Assembly: GCA_964349165.1 (NCBI GenBank)
Contig: CAYGFL010000001.1
Coordinates: 1 to 41,334, forward strand
DNA from: an uncultured Candidatus Saccharibacteria bacterium
GTDB taxonomy: Bacteria > Patescibacteriota > Minisyncoccia > Phycocordibacterales > PALSA-1337
Length of the DNA: 41,334 nucleotides
Direction of reading: 5' to 3'
Under the pieces are notes generated by a model. The model worked only from the letters and a program-made list of their open reading frames with translations. It did no database searches and was not told the origin of the DNA. Numbering within the stretch: position 1 is the stretch's first letter; every line of letters starts with the position of its first letter. Shown piece by piece: positions 15,907 through 24,234 of the stretch. The position numbers were made by a program, and so were the translations under genes.

Positions 15907-16365
15907 CTAAAATCCAAGCCTTTCTAGTACCTGTTGAGAAAGAGGCTCGTGGTGTTCTGTCTCTGCTATGTACTTCAGAAGAATCTGGCGAACATCTTCT
16001 CGATCCACCCCTTCAATATTTATAGTGATGTATGGCATAAAAGTTTTCGTAGATTTCAAAAGTATCGTGCTGTGCTCTCTATGAACATCAATCCAAAAAG
16101 ATTCGATGGTTAGAAAAGGGTAGAGGGTATCGTTTATGACGACACCACGGTCATTTATTTCTACATGCACTATTCCTGGTGTTCGGGATGCGTGTATAAC
16201 CAAAGAAAAAACTCCAACTAGAATGAGAATACCAAAGATAACATTACCAAAAATAAAAGCTAAAGAAGATGCGGTCAGAGTAATGATACCGACAGCCCAG
16301 TACCAGTCATTATTTTTTTCTGTATGATGATGTTCAGGAGCGTCCCAAGATATGAGGGGTTGCAT
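15907..16365 (-). CDS. Hypothetical membrane protein (two TM helices plus a soluble C-terminal domain)
   Basis: 152 aa. WYWAVGIITLTASSLAFIFGNVIFGILILVGVFSLVI hydrophobic hairpin. No family recognised. Confidence 0.55.
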   Translation of the reverse strand: MQPLISWDAPEHHHTEKNNDWYWAVGIITLTASSLAFIFGNVIFGILILVGVFSLVIHASRTPGIVHVEINDRGVVINDTLYPFLTIESFWIDVHREHSTILLKSTKTFMPYITINIEGVDREDVRQILLKYIAETEHHEPLSQQVLERLGF

Positions 16366-16613
16366 GGGGATATTATAGCATGAACCTTTTCCAAGTTAAT
16401 GGGGAATTACTACTCGGTTGACTTAATTATACTTCAATGATTAGATGTACCCATCATGCTTCTAACTAACTCGAAATCCATCTGGTCAGGTTTTTCCAAC
16501 TACGCACCTATTTTTTCTACGGAAAGGGTGTAGTGACTTTTGTATAAGAGTCAAAGACTGCCCTTTCCGGGGTAGTTTTGTTTACACATTAACAATCAAA
16601 AGGAGAAGGAAAA

Positions 16614-17390
16614 ATGATACGGACAGAAAGTTATTCAATCAGAATGGAAAATTCACTCATGATCTTCGAGACTCTGGAGATAAGTCCTGTATTGATCTCT
16701 GTGCCTCATGACGGATTGCCATTCCAAGCATTTTCGGGATTTTTTGAAACTAGAAAAATTGGTTATCGAGGTAGAGATCTATATGTGTGGCCAGTGGCAA
16801 AAGATATTCTTGTCTCTGCTACTGTCAATGCAATACGGGGACTGATGCCTCGAACGCTTGTCGACTACAATCGTGCATGGCCAGAAGGTATCAATTATTA
16901 CCCACTCACACAAAAGGAGGTTCACACAGCTCTCGATGATGTTAGGTTGGTGCAAGAATACCAACACTATCACGCATCGATTGATCGCATCTTGGATAAA
17001 TCAATCAAGAAGTTTGGGAGAGGGAAGACGCTTCTCATTGATCTTCATGGCTTCAGCAAACAACCACCATACGCCCCAGAGGGGGGCTACGATCTGATTC
17101 TAGGTACGGGAAACCGCATCAGTATCCCTTATGGAAATATCGATGAAATCTTGGCTGAACACATGATCAGTCGAGGCTACAAGGTTTTTTTGCCAAGAGA
17201 CACCAGTGTCGGTCCAGTGGAAGATTACTACAGTGCTGACTTCACCACTCGGCACCACTCAGAAAAGCACAACATCAATGCAATTCAAATCGAGATCGCT
17301 TCACGCTTTCGCAAGCAAGGCGCTCGTGAGCTCGGACAAAAACTCTCTCGAGATTTTGCTGAGTTTATACGGGAAAATTATTTGAAATGA
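16614..17390 (+). CDS. N-formylglutamate amidohydrolase (FGase)-family zinc hydrolase, tentative
   Basis: VLISVPHDG, TLLIDLHGF, NAIQIEI motifs. Strong SD AAAGGAGAAGG 5 nt upstream of the ATG. Confidence 0.5.
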   Translation: MIRTESYSIRMENSLMIFETLEISPVLISVPHDGLPFQAFSGFFETRKIGYRGRDLYVWPVAKDILVSATVNAIRGLMPRTLVDYNRAWPEGINYYPLTQKEVHTALDDVRLVQEYQHYHASIDRILDKSIKKFGRGKTLLIDLHGFSKQPPYAPEGGYDLILGTGNRISIPYGNIDEILAEHMISRGYKVFLPRDTSVGPVEDYYSADFTTRHHSEKHNINAIQIEIASRFRKQGARELGQKLSRDFAEFIRENYLK

Positions 17391-17436
17391 TAAAATAGTT
17401 CCTTTTAGTTAAAAATAAATTGTCGTTAAATTTTCT

Positions 17437-17461
17437 AGGAGCCTGACCAGCTCCTTTTTTA
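17437..17461. terminator. Intrinsic terminator between convergent genes
   Basis: aggagc-ctgacc-agctcct followed by TTTTTT. Confidence 0.5.
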
Positions 17462-17468
17462 ATTCCAA

Positions 17469-18050
17469 CTATCTCACCACCTGCTCAATCAACTCTGGAA
17501 ATTCCTCGGTTCCCATGTCGCCCAGAGTGTAATGTCCATGACCGCTCAACTCGATAATTTTTCCACCTATTACATCATGTATTATTTTTAGACTTCTTAT
17601 TCCATCTGGATCCTCGTCGTTTGCAGTAAATAAAGTTATCTCACCAACCCTATCTTTTATAGACGGATCGATTGGATGTGTATAAAATAATCGTCGAGCT
17701 TCATCATCTTCATCAGGCACTGCCCAAGGTGCAACGAGAATAAATTTTGCCACTTTCTTTTTTGATTCCCCAAGCCATCGAAGTAGAAAAGTGGTGCCAC
17801 AACTGTGACCTATGAGAATAGTATCTTCATTGACTTCTTGCTTTTCAAATTCTGCTTTGAATTTTTCATAAGAAGGTGACCACGGATCTGGCATCAGAGG
17901 GGTGGTGGTTGGTATGCCGAGTTTGGTCAAAGTATCCTTGGTCCAAGGTATCCAGTGTTTGTCATAAGTACGAGTCGCAGGATTCATAGCCCTTTCGGCA
18001 TTTGAGGGACAGCCGTGGATTATTATGCAGTTTGAGTTTTTGTCGAGCAT
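17469..18050 (-). CDS. Alpha/beta serine hydrolase, RBBP9/YdeN-like
   Basis: IIIHGCPSN...HWIPW...ILIGHSCGTTFLLRWL...FILVAPW. Nucleophile elbow GHSCG. Confidence 0.65.
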   Translation of the reverse strand: MLDKNSNCIIIHGCPSNAERAMNPATRTYDKHWIPWTKDTLTKLGIPTTTPLMPDPWSPSYEKFKAEFEKQEVNEDTILIGHSCGTTFLLRWLGESKKKVAKFILVAPWAVPDEDDEARRLFYTHPIDPSIKDRVGEITLFTANDEDPDGIRSLKIIHDVIGGKIIELSGHGHYTLGDMGTEEFPELIEQVVR

Positions 18051-18104
18051 GTTTATTTATGTAAAAATTGATTTTAAATTTTGGCGGAGGACCGTTGGAC
18101 GCTG

Positions 18105-19013
18105 TTAAGGCTTGGTATGTAACAATGTCGCAATAAATGGAGATCCTGTGTCTAAGAGGGTAAAGGAACAGCCAGTTTTCTCTAATTCATCTATTAATGT
18201 TTCCTTGGTGTACCGAAGCGACTGGAATACAAGGAGTTTATCGTACTTTTTAATTCCAAGTGCGTCGAGCTCGGTGTTTGTGGTAAGTAGAGAGGTCCAG
18301 ACTTTTACGTCATCTGTCGCCTCGCGAGGGGTGAGATCCTTATCGGGATCGAGACCGATTAATTTTAATTTTTCATCTGCCATATGAACTGCATCAATCG
18401 CATAGGCTTGTTGTAGCTCAACCATGTTTGTACGGTCTCTCATGTGGGCATTTATAAAAACAAATCCGTTTTCGCCAGCAATATCTCGGAGTAGTTTTAT
18501 AATATCTTGCGGAGCATAATTTGAAAATGTTAGGCCAAGGCTTACAAAACGGGGAAGGGTGCTTTTCCCAAGCTTCTCAGCAAGTTCTTCGAAGGATGAT
18601 TGGATCGTTCGAACTGTAATTCCTTGCTGGGTAGCGTGCGTCTCAGCAAGTTCAAGATAGTCAGTATTAATGTCGATGGGAATGTAGGTAAATTTTTTCC
18701 CCTGCGCAGCAAGCTCATCAAAAAGGAATTGTTCCTTGTGTTCGGTACCTGGTCCGAGATCAATAAATTCAAAATTAGTAGGTAATTGAGTTGCCACATC
18801 TTTGGCGATCGAAAAAAGATATTCTCTCTCGGGTTTGGTGACGATTGTGTAGTATGGAGAATCGGTATTTTGGAGAGTTGCGTAATGGTCTACTTCAGAG
18901 GGAAGATAGAGTAAAAGAGAGTCACTGTAATCCCAATTTCCATCACTTATTTTTTTAATTGACTCAAATGCTCTCCTCTTAAACCATTCTTTGTTGTATG
19001 TTGCTTCAGGCAT
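18105..19013 (-). CDS. EgtD-like (Methyltransf_33) SAM-dependent methyltransferase, tentative
   Basis: FEFIDLGPGTEHKEQFLFDEL...YIPIDINTDYL...LGLTFSNY...LRYTKETLIDELEKTG. The only ATG downstream of the tRNA overlap is at 19013. Confidence 0.5.
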   Translation of the reverse strand: MPEATYNKEWFKRRAFESIKKISDGNWDYSDSLLLYLPSEVDHYATLQNTDSPYYTIVTKPEREYLFSIAKDVATQLPTNFEFIDLGPGTEHKEQFLFDELAAQGKKFTYIPIDINTDYLELAETHATQQGITVRTIQSSFEELAEKLGKSTLPRFVSLGLTFSNYAPQDIIKLLRDIAGENGFVFINAHMRDRTNMVELQQAYAIDAVHMADEKLKLIGLDPDKDLTPREATDDVKVWTSLLTTNTELDALGIKKYDKLLVFQSLRYTKETLIDELEKTGCSFTLLDTGSPFIATLLHTKP

Positions 19014-19018
19014 TTTTT

Positions 19019-19108
19019 TGGCGGATGGGGTGAGATTCGAACTCACGGCCCCCTTACGAGGGCGACGGTTTTCAAGACCGTTGCCTTAAACCACTCAGCC
19101 ACCCATCC
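19019..19108 (-). tRNA. tRNA-Ser (anticodon UGA), CCA encoded
   Basis: GGATGGGTGGCTGAGTGGTTTAAGGCAACGGTCTTGAAAACCGTCGCCCTCGTAAGGGGGCCGTGAGTTCGAATCTCACCCCATCCGCCA. Long variable arm. Confidence 0.9.
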
Positions 19109-19166
19109 TTGTGTTGAGATAATCTCACATTTTGCTTACATTTTCAACTTAGAGTACACTTTCCTC

Positions 19167-19544
19167 ATGAGACTTCTAGGAATTGACTACGGATCAAAGA
19201 GGGTAGGTATTGCTTTATCAGATGAAGCAGGACAGTTTGCCATACCCCTCGTTGTGCTGAATACACGAGAGAACCTGCTAGAGGAAATAGTAGATATTGC
19301 AAAGGAGAACAAAGTAATCAGTATAATAATAGGAGAATCAAAAAACTACAAAGGTGAACCAAATACTATAATGTCCGAAAGTATAAATCTCAAAAAAGAC
19401 CTAGAAACTAAAGGTTTCAAAGTTCATTTCGAACCAGAATTCATGACGAGCGCTCATGCCGAGAAATTGCAAGGAAAACATGATATGCTCGATGCATCAG
19501 CCGCCGCACTTATTTTACAAAGCTATTTAGATAAGAAAAAATAA
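19167..19544 (+). CDS. ruvX: Putative pre-16S rRNA nuclease / Holliday junction resolvase-like YqgF (RuvX)
   Basis: MRLLGIDYGSKRVGIALSD..., 125 aa. Confidence 0.85.
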   Translation: MRLLGIDYGSKRVGIALSDEAGQFAIPLVVLNTRENLLEEIVDIAKENKVISIIIGESKNYKGEPNTIMSESINLKKDLETKGFKVHFEPEFMTSAHAEKLQGKHDMLDASAAALILQSYLDKKK

Positions 19545-19545
19545 T

Positions 19546-19875
19546 ATGATAACAATCGAAGATTTTTCCAAAGTAGAAATCCGAGCAGGCAAGATACTAT
19601 CTGCAGAAAAAATTCCTGATACAGATAAGTTGCTCAAGCTCATGGTGGACCTCGCTGAACCTACACCGAGGCAGATCGTATCTGGTATTTCTCTGTATTT
19701 TCCTGATCCTGCTGTTCTCGTCGGAAAAACTGCAATGTTTGTAACAAATCTCGAGCCGAGGATGATAAAAGGGTACGAGAGCAACGGCATGCTCTTCGCG
19801 GTATCTACACCTGAAGGTAAATTCTCACTTCTCGAACCGAACCCAGATATACCACCTGGTACAAAAGCAAAATAA
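19546..19875 (+). CDS. tRNA-binding domain protein (CsaA/EMAP-II-like OB fold)
   Basis: FSKVEIRAGKILSAEKIPDTDKLLKLMVDL...QIVSGI...LEPRMIKGYESNGML. Confidence 0.8.
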   Translation: MITIEDFSKVEIRAGKILSAEKIPDTDKLLKLMVDLAEPTPRQIVSGISLYFPDPAVLVGKTAMFVTNLEPRMIKGYESNGMLFAVSTPEGKFSLLEPNPDIPPGTKAK

Positions 19876-19878
19876 AAT

Positions 19879-20511
19879 ATGACGCTCGTAGATATAATAA
19901 AAATATTACTCGATCCTCAAGAAGTAGTCGTAATCCTAGGACTTGTCGGTGTTATCGCAATTATTTTTGCAGAGACAGGACTCTTCTTCGGATTCTTTTT
20001 ACCTGGAGACTCACTACTTTTCACAGCAGGATTCCTGGCGTCACAGGATCTACTTCCACTTTTTCCACTTCTCGTAGGCACACTCATCGCGGCGATAGTG
20101 GGGGATAGTATAGGGTATTGGTTCGGGAAAAAGACTGGTCCAGCTATTTTCTCTCGAGAGGATTCATTTTTTTTTAGAAAAAAACATGTAGAAAGCGCAC
20201 GCGTCTTCTATGAAAAACACGGAAAGATGACTATTATACTTGCACGCTTCATACCTGTTATACGAACCTTTGCGCCGATAGTGGCAGGAGTCGCTAGTAT
20301 GAACTATCGAGTGTTCATTTCTTACAATATTATAGGTGGTTTCATCTGGACTATCGGACTGACGCTCACAGGATACTTCCTAGGACGAAGTATTCCAAGT
20401 GCAGACGCGTACCTTTTACCTATAGTATTACTCATAACTCTAGTCTCATTCATGCCGGGAATTGTACACATATTACGTGAAAGGAAAAATCGCAAAAATA
20501 TAGTACAATAG
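19879..20511 (+). CDS. DedA-family membrane protein
   Basis: GLFFGFFLPGDSLLFTAGFLA...GYWFGKKTG...HGKMTIILARFIPVIRTFAPIVAG. Confidence 0.85.
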   Translation: MTLVDIIKILLDPQEVVVILGLVGVIAIIFAETGLFFGFFLPGDSLLFTAGFLASQDLLPLFPLLVGTLIAAIVGDSIGYWFGKKTGPAIFSREDSFFFRKKHVESARVFYEKHGKMTIILARFIPVIRTFAPIVAGVASMNYRVFISYNIIGGFIWTIGLTLTGYFLGRSIPSADAYLLPIVLLITLVSFMPGIVHILRERKNRKNIVQ

Positions 20512-20536
20512 AGGACATAAGGTCACAAAAAGCGTT

Positions 20537-21541
20537 ATGTTCGCCCAAAAGTTTTTTACATTATTTCCTCCACCAGCTTTTTTAAATATTCCGTACGCCG
20601 GACTAGATATTTCTGATGACGCAGTGCGTTGTGTCGCACTCTCGAAAACCTCACATGGTATGGTGGTTCACCGTTTCGGTATGAAGCCTTTATCTAACGG
20701 AATAATGGAGGGTGGTGAGATAAAAGATCCGAAGGCTTTGTCGGAAACCATCACCGAACTTGTAAGAGAGCTAGGTGTGCATGTGGTGAAGGCTTCTCTA
20801 CCAGAAGAAAAGATGTACCTTTTCAAAACTACTGTGCCGAGCACAGATCAAAAGGAGATGCGTCAGAATATTGAGTTTAAACTTGAGGAAAATGTGCCAC
20901 TATCTAGAGCAGAATCCATTTTTTTCTTTGACCCTATTCCATCTATCTCGACCAATCTCGCTACACAAACAGGGACCACCGAAGACTTGGTAAGTGTATC
21001 CGTAGCTCCACGTAGCCTGGTGCTCTCATATTTAGAAACTATAAAATCTGCTGGCGTGACTGTGTTGTCTTTCGAGATGCAGGCGAAAGCTATCGCTCGA
21101 GCGCTGATCCCTACAGGTTCTAGAGATACAGAGATGATCGTGCATATTATGGATAATAAAACTGGTATATATATAGTCTGTGGTGGAGTAGTATGCTTCA
21201 CTTCCACCATTCCTTCTGGTTACAAGATGGCACTCGATGAAAAGAGCTCGCAAGTCGTGATAGATGAATTGAAAAAGAGTATTCGACAGGTCGAGAGCTA
21301 TTGGGTAGAGCATGGAAATGGTACAGCCGTCACAGGGGTCGTCTTTTCTGGACAAGGAGCAACGACAAATGGTCTCGTCTCCCAATGTTCCGCGAGTTTG
21401 TCTGGAACAGGTGACAACAAGATACGTTTCGATATCGGCAATGTCTGGCAGAACGCCTTTTCTTCTGACAGATACATTCCGCCGATTTCGTATGATGATT
21501 CACACGGATATGTGACTGCTGTAGGTCTAGCTCTACGATAA
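20537..21541 (+). CDS. pilM: Type IV pilus assembly protein PilM-like (actin-like ATPase fold)
   Basis: 334 aa. GLDISDDAVRCVAL N-terminus, gene order with two downstream bitopic proteins. Confidence 0.6.
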   Translation: MFAQKFFTLFPPPAFLNIPYAGLDISDDAVRCVALSKTSHGMVVHRFGMKPLSNGIMEGGEIKDPKALSETITELVRELGVHVVKASLPEEKMYLFKTTVPSTDQKEMRQNIEFKLEENVPLSRAESIFFFDPIPSISTNLATQTGTTEDLVSVSVAPRSLVLSYLETIKSAGVTVLSFEMQAKAIARALIPTGSRDTEMIVHIMDNKTGIYIVCGGVVCFTSTIPSGYKMALDEKSSQVVIDELKKSIRQVESYWVEHGNGTAVTGVVFSGQGATTNGLVSQCSASLSGTGDNKIRFDIGNVWQNAFSSDRYIPPISYDDSHGYVTAVGLALR

Positions 21542-21556
21542 ATATCAAAAGATAAA

Positions 21557-22114
21557 ATGATTCACTACACACTTTTACCAAGAGAAGAAATGAAGGAATT
21601 GCGCAAGGAATATCGCATCCGCCTTTTTATAATCACATCCTTCTTCTTCTCTATAGTTTTCATGTTCGGTATCATCGCTCTAATACCCTCGTATGTTTCG
21701 ACTCAACTTCAAGAAAAAGAATCCGTTGGTAGAAAAGAAGAACTTCAAAAAAACAGAAAGGCAAGTGGAGCAGACGAGATCGAGAAGGATCTCCTACAGA
21801 GTCAGGCTATTGCGAGCAGGATCGTCGCTCACGAAGACTCGACTACACACTCGAACATTATACAGAGCATAATCTCGTATCGATCGAGACAGATAACACT
21901 CTTGTCTTTCGAAGTCGCGAGGGCCACCGGTACCAGCACTCCCTGGACTGTGATAATCCAGGGCAAATCTGCCAGTCGAGAAGCACTTCTGGAGTTCAAA
22001 AAGGGACTAGAGAATAGCGCGCTCTTTTCACAAGTAGAACTGCCTCTATCAGATCTTGCGAAGAGCAAGAATATAGGCTTCAGTATAAGAGTAGTATTGC
22101 GCCAAAACAAATAA
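21557..22114 (+). CDS. pilN: PilN-like bitopic membrane protein
   Basis: 185 aa, single N-terminal TM (LFIITSFFFSIVFMFGIIALIP), position after pilM. Confidence 0.45.
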   Translation: MIHYTLLPREEMKELRKEYRIRLFIITSFFFSIVFMFGIIALIPSYVSTQLQEKESVGRKEELQKNRKASGADEIEKDLLQSQAIASRIVAHEDSTTHSNIIQSIISYRSRQITLLSFEVARATGTSTPWTVIIQGKSASREALLEFKKGLENSALFSQVELPLSDLAKSKNIGFSIRVVLRQNK

Positions 22115-22118
22115 TCAT

Positions 22119-22649
22119 ATGTATACCAACCACCGACATTATATACTCATAATCTTCGCAATCATCACTCTCGCTGTGTCTGTATTCGGATTTGTATTTC
22201 TTCGCGACCTCATATATTCGCGAGCCGTGACATCTGCTAAGATCGCTAGGGAAGTTAGCCAGATAGATGAACAGAATAAGCATGAGAGTGACATCACCAG
22301 CATATACGATAAATCATCCGAGCAGAGGAGGCTTCTCGATAGTTTCATCGTTCCGAAAGAGAAGATCGTAGACCTCATCGAATCTATAGAGAAGATAGGT
22401 GTGGATACATCTACAGATCTCGAGCTGTCTAGTATCACTAACCAAGAGTCGAAGGATGACAAGACGAGCCAATTCCAAGCGCACGTCGATGTAAAAGGGA
22501 CATGGACAAATATCATGCGCTCTCTCATACTCATAGAAGGATTGCCATATAGTGTGTCGATAAATAATACTCGACTCATAAAGTCTGGAGATTCCAAATC
22601 AAGCCAATGGGAGTTGTCTCTAGACTTGAGAGTCCTAACTGGAAAATAA
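22119..22649 (+). CDS. pilO: PilO-like bitopic membrane protein
   Basis: 176 aa, N-terminal TM (ILIIFAIITLAVSVFGFVFL) followed by a coiled-coil segment, position in the pil cluster. Confidence 0.4.
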   Translation: MYTNHRHYILIIFAIITLAVSVFGFVFLRDLIYSRAVTSAKIAREVSQIDEQNKHESDITSIYDKSSEQRRLLDSFIVPKEKIVDLIESIEKIGVDTSTDLELSSITNQESKDDKTSQFQAHVDVKGTWTNIMRSLILIEGLPYSVSINNTRLIKSGDSKSSQWELSLDLRVLTGK

Positions 22650-22660
22650 TATATACAAAT

Positions 22661-22951
22661 ATGCAGACGATAAAAATAATTAAAGAGATCGGACGCAACC
22701 CACATATTGATTGGGTATTTGTACTTTTCATAAGTCTGATTATTTTCGTCACACTTGGTTTTTTTAGCGTCACCCTTTACAAAGACGTAACTAACGGTAG
22801 TATTCAGGTTGGTGAAGTGCCTTCCAGCACTTCATTTAAAAAGATCAATGAAAAGACGATCACAGACGTTATAGAGAAGTTCTCTGATAAAGAGGAGTTG
22901 AGTCGAGAAGCGAGAAGGGGATATAGTGGTGAGACAGACCCTTCGATATAG
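22661..22951 (+). CDS. Small bitopic membrane protein, last gene of the pil cluster
   Basis: 96 aa from the ATG at 22661. TM WVFVLFISLIIFVTLGFFSVTL. Confidence 0.4.
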   Translation: MQTIKIIKEIGRNPHIDWVFVLFISLIIFVTLGFFSVTLYKDVTNGSIQVGEVPSSTSFKKINEKTITDVIEKFSDKEELSREARRGYSGETDPSI

Positions 22952-22985
22952 TATTCGTTGTAAGTTGAGTTAAGTCTTAGAAAAT

Positions 22986-23057
22986 GCCCTCGTAGTTCAA
23001 TGGATAGAACTGCGGACTTCTAAGCCGTCGATGTTGGTTCGATTCCAACCGAGGGCA
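22986..23057 (+). tRNA. tRNA-Arg (anticodon UCU)
   Basis: GCCCTCGTAGTTCAATGGATAGAACTGCGGACTTCTAAGCCGTCGATGTTGGTTCGATTCCAACCGAGGGCA. Loop CTTCTAA. One A31/G39 mismatch in the anticodon stem. Confidence 0.8.
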
Positions 23058-23062
23058 CAAAT

Positions 23063-23386
23063 ATGAGTAATCTAAATCTAAAAAATAATCCCACACTTGC
23101 TGATTTTCAGAACTATGTTGCAGAAATGGTAAAGGAACGTGGCTTTGATAAAGAAACAGTGCCGGAAATGTTTATGCTCTTTCTTGAAGAGTGTGGCGAG
23201 CTGGCGAAAGCGGTTCGAAAGACTCAGAATATACAGACTGATAAAAATTCGGAGAAGTTTAAGCTCGAAGGAGAGGCTGCCGATGTATTCATTTATCTTT
23301 TAGATATTTGTAATCACCTGGGTGTGGATTTGGAAAAGGCTTTTCGAGACAAAGAGGAAATCAACAAGAAGAGGTCTTGGGAATAA
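23063..23386 (+). CDS. MazG-like nucleotide pyrophosphohydrolase
   Basis: TLADFQNYVAEMVKERGF...LFLEECGELAKAVRK...EAADVFIYLLDICNHLGVDLEKAF. Confidence 0.8.
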   Translation: MSNLNLKNNPTLADFQNYVAEMVKERGFDKETVPEMFMLFLEECGELAKAVRKTQNIQTDKNSEKFKLEGEAADVFIYLLDICNHLGVDLEKAFRDKEEINKKRSWE

Positions 23387-23401
23387 CTGCTACTGCTCGA
23401 T

Positions 23402-24067
23402 TTACCTAATTATTAATTCCTTTAATCTCTCAATCCATCCTAAGATAGTAAGTTTAAGTTTTGTATCGCACACACAGATATCTAATGTCCCGAATGGGAG
23501 AGTCCTTCTCTTCTGCAGACTTGCCGAACTCGGCTTAGTATAAGTTTTATAGAATTGCTTCCTTGGTATGCCGGTAATATCCGACCAATATTTCTCTGTT
23601 TTTTCTATGTCCGCATGGGAGAAAGTATGAATGTGTCCGCGAAATTTATTTTCTGGGACCAGACATATTTCTCTTAAAAATCTCATCATTATTTGAATAA
23701 TTGACGGGTCACTATTTGCTATTGAAACTACTCCCTGACTCTTCTTCGCCCCTTCGCCTATATACAGAGCAATTCCTATGAGTTTTAATTCCTGTATTGA
23801 AATACCAGTGAAATCTTTCTTCGCATTATCCATCACCACCTTTCTTTTTGCACCTTCATTTGCAAGACGACTAGCCCTCCTTCTCTCTACTGATTCCACA
23901 CTCCTTCCTCTTTGTGATAATTTCCCCAGTTGCCTTTTTGTAAGTACAATATCCCGTACCCAGACACTTACGCTTGCCTTCGAAAAATTTAAAGCCTCAA
24001 CGATTTGATTAATCGAATATCCTTTTTTACGTAAAGCTCGAGCACGCTCTTTCTCAGCAAGTTTCAT
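23402..24067 (-). CDS. HTH plus LAGLIDADG-like (homing-endonuclease-like) protein, free-standing
   Basis: N-terminal resolvase-type HTH ARALRKKGYSINQIVEALNFSKASVSVW. Then LKLIGIALYIGEGAKK...VSIANSDPSIIQIMMRFLREI, resembling a single LAGLIDADG (GEG variant) core. Confidence 0.5.
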   Translation of the reverse strand: MKLAEKERARALRKKGYSINQIVEALNFSKASVSVWVRDIVLTKRQLGKLSQRGRSVESVERRRASRLANEGAKRKVVMDNAKKDFTGISIQELKLIGIALYIGEGAKKSQGVVSIANSDPSIIQIMMRFLREICLVPENKFRGHIHTFSHADIEKTEKYWSDITGIPRKQFYKTYTKPSSASLQKRRTLPFGTLDICVCDTKLKLTILGWIERLKELIIR

Positions 24068-24120
24068 TAGTAGAGTATATCATATATAATATATTCTATA
24101 TAGGTCTAGTAATTTTTACC

Positions 24121-24149
24121 TTGAGTTTTAGTATCCATTGGTGTATAAA
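24121..24149 (+). promoter_or_regulatory. Putative promoter of the tRNA-Val / rluA-like / rplS / tRNA-Leu / tRNA-His unit
   Basis: TTGAGT (24121-24126), 17-nt spacer, TATAAA (24144-24149), 10 nt before tRNA position 1. Confidence 0.45.
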
Positions 24150-24159
24150 TACCCTGTAT

Positions 24160-24232
24160 GCGCCCTTAGCTCAGTTGGTAGAGCAGCCGCTTTACACGCG
24201 AATGGTCGGGGGTTCGAGTCCCTCAGGGCGCA
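24160..24232 (+). tRNA. tRNA-Val (anticodon UAC)
   Basis: GCGCCCTTAGCTCAGTTGGTAGAGCAGCCGCTTTACACGCGAATGGTCGGGGGTTCGAGTCCCTCAGGGCGCA. Good acceptor, D and T arms. The anticodon stem has only 3 Watson-Crick pairs (27:43 and 28:42 mismatched). Confidence 0.7.
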
Positions 24233-24234
24233 CA

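Noticed and set aside
24121-24234. N-terminal extensions of ORFs that read through tRNA genes: 24121..24234 through tRNA-Val, 10434..10460 through tRNA-Lys, 19014..19046 through tRNA-Ser.
   Set aside because: The extensions are simply the tRNA sequences translated. Internal ATGs just downstream of the tRNAs give proteins with complete conserved N-termini.
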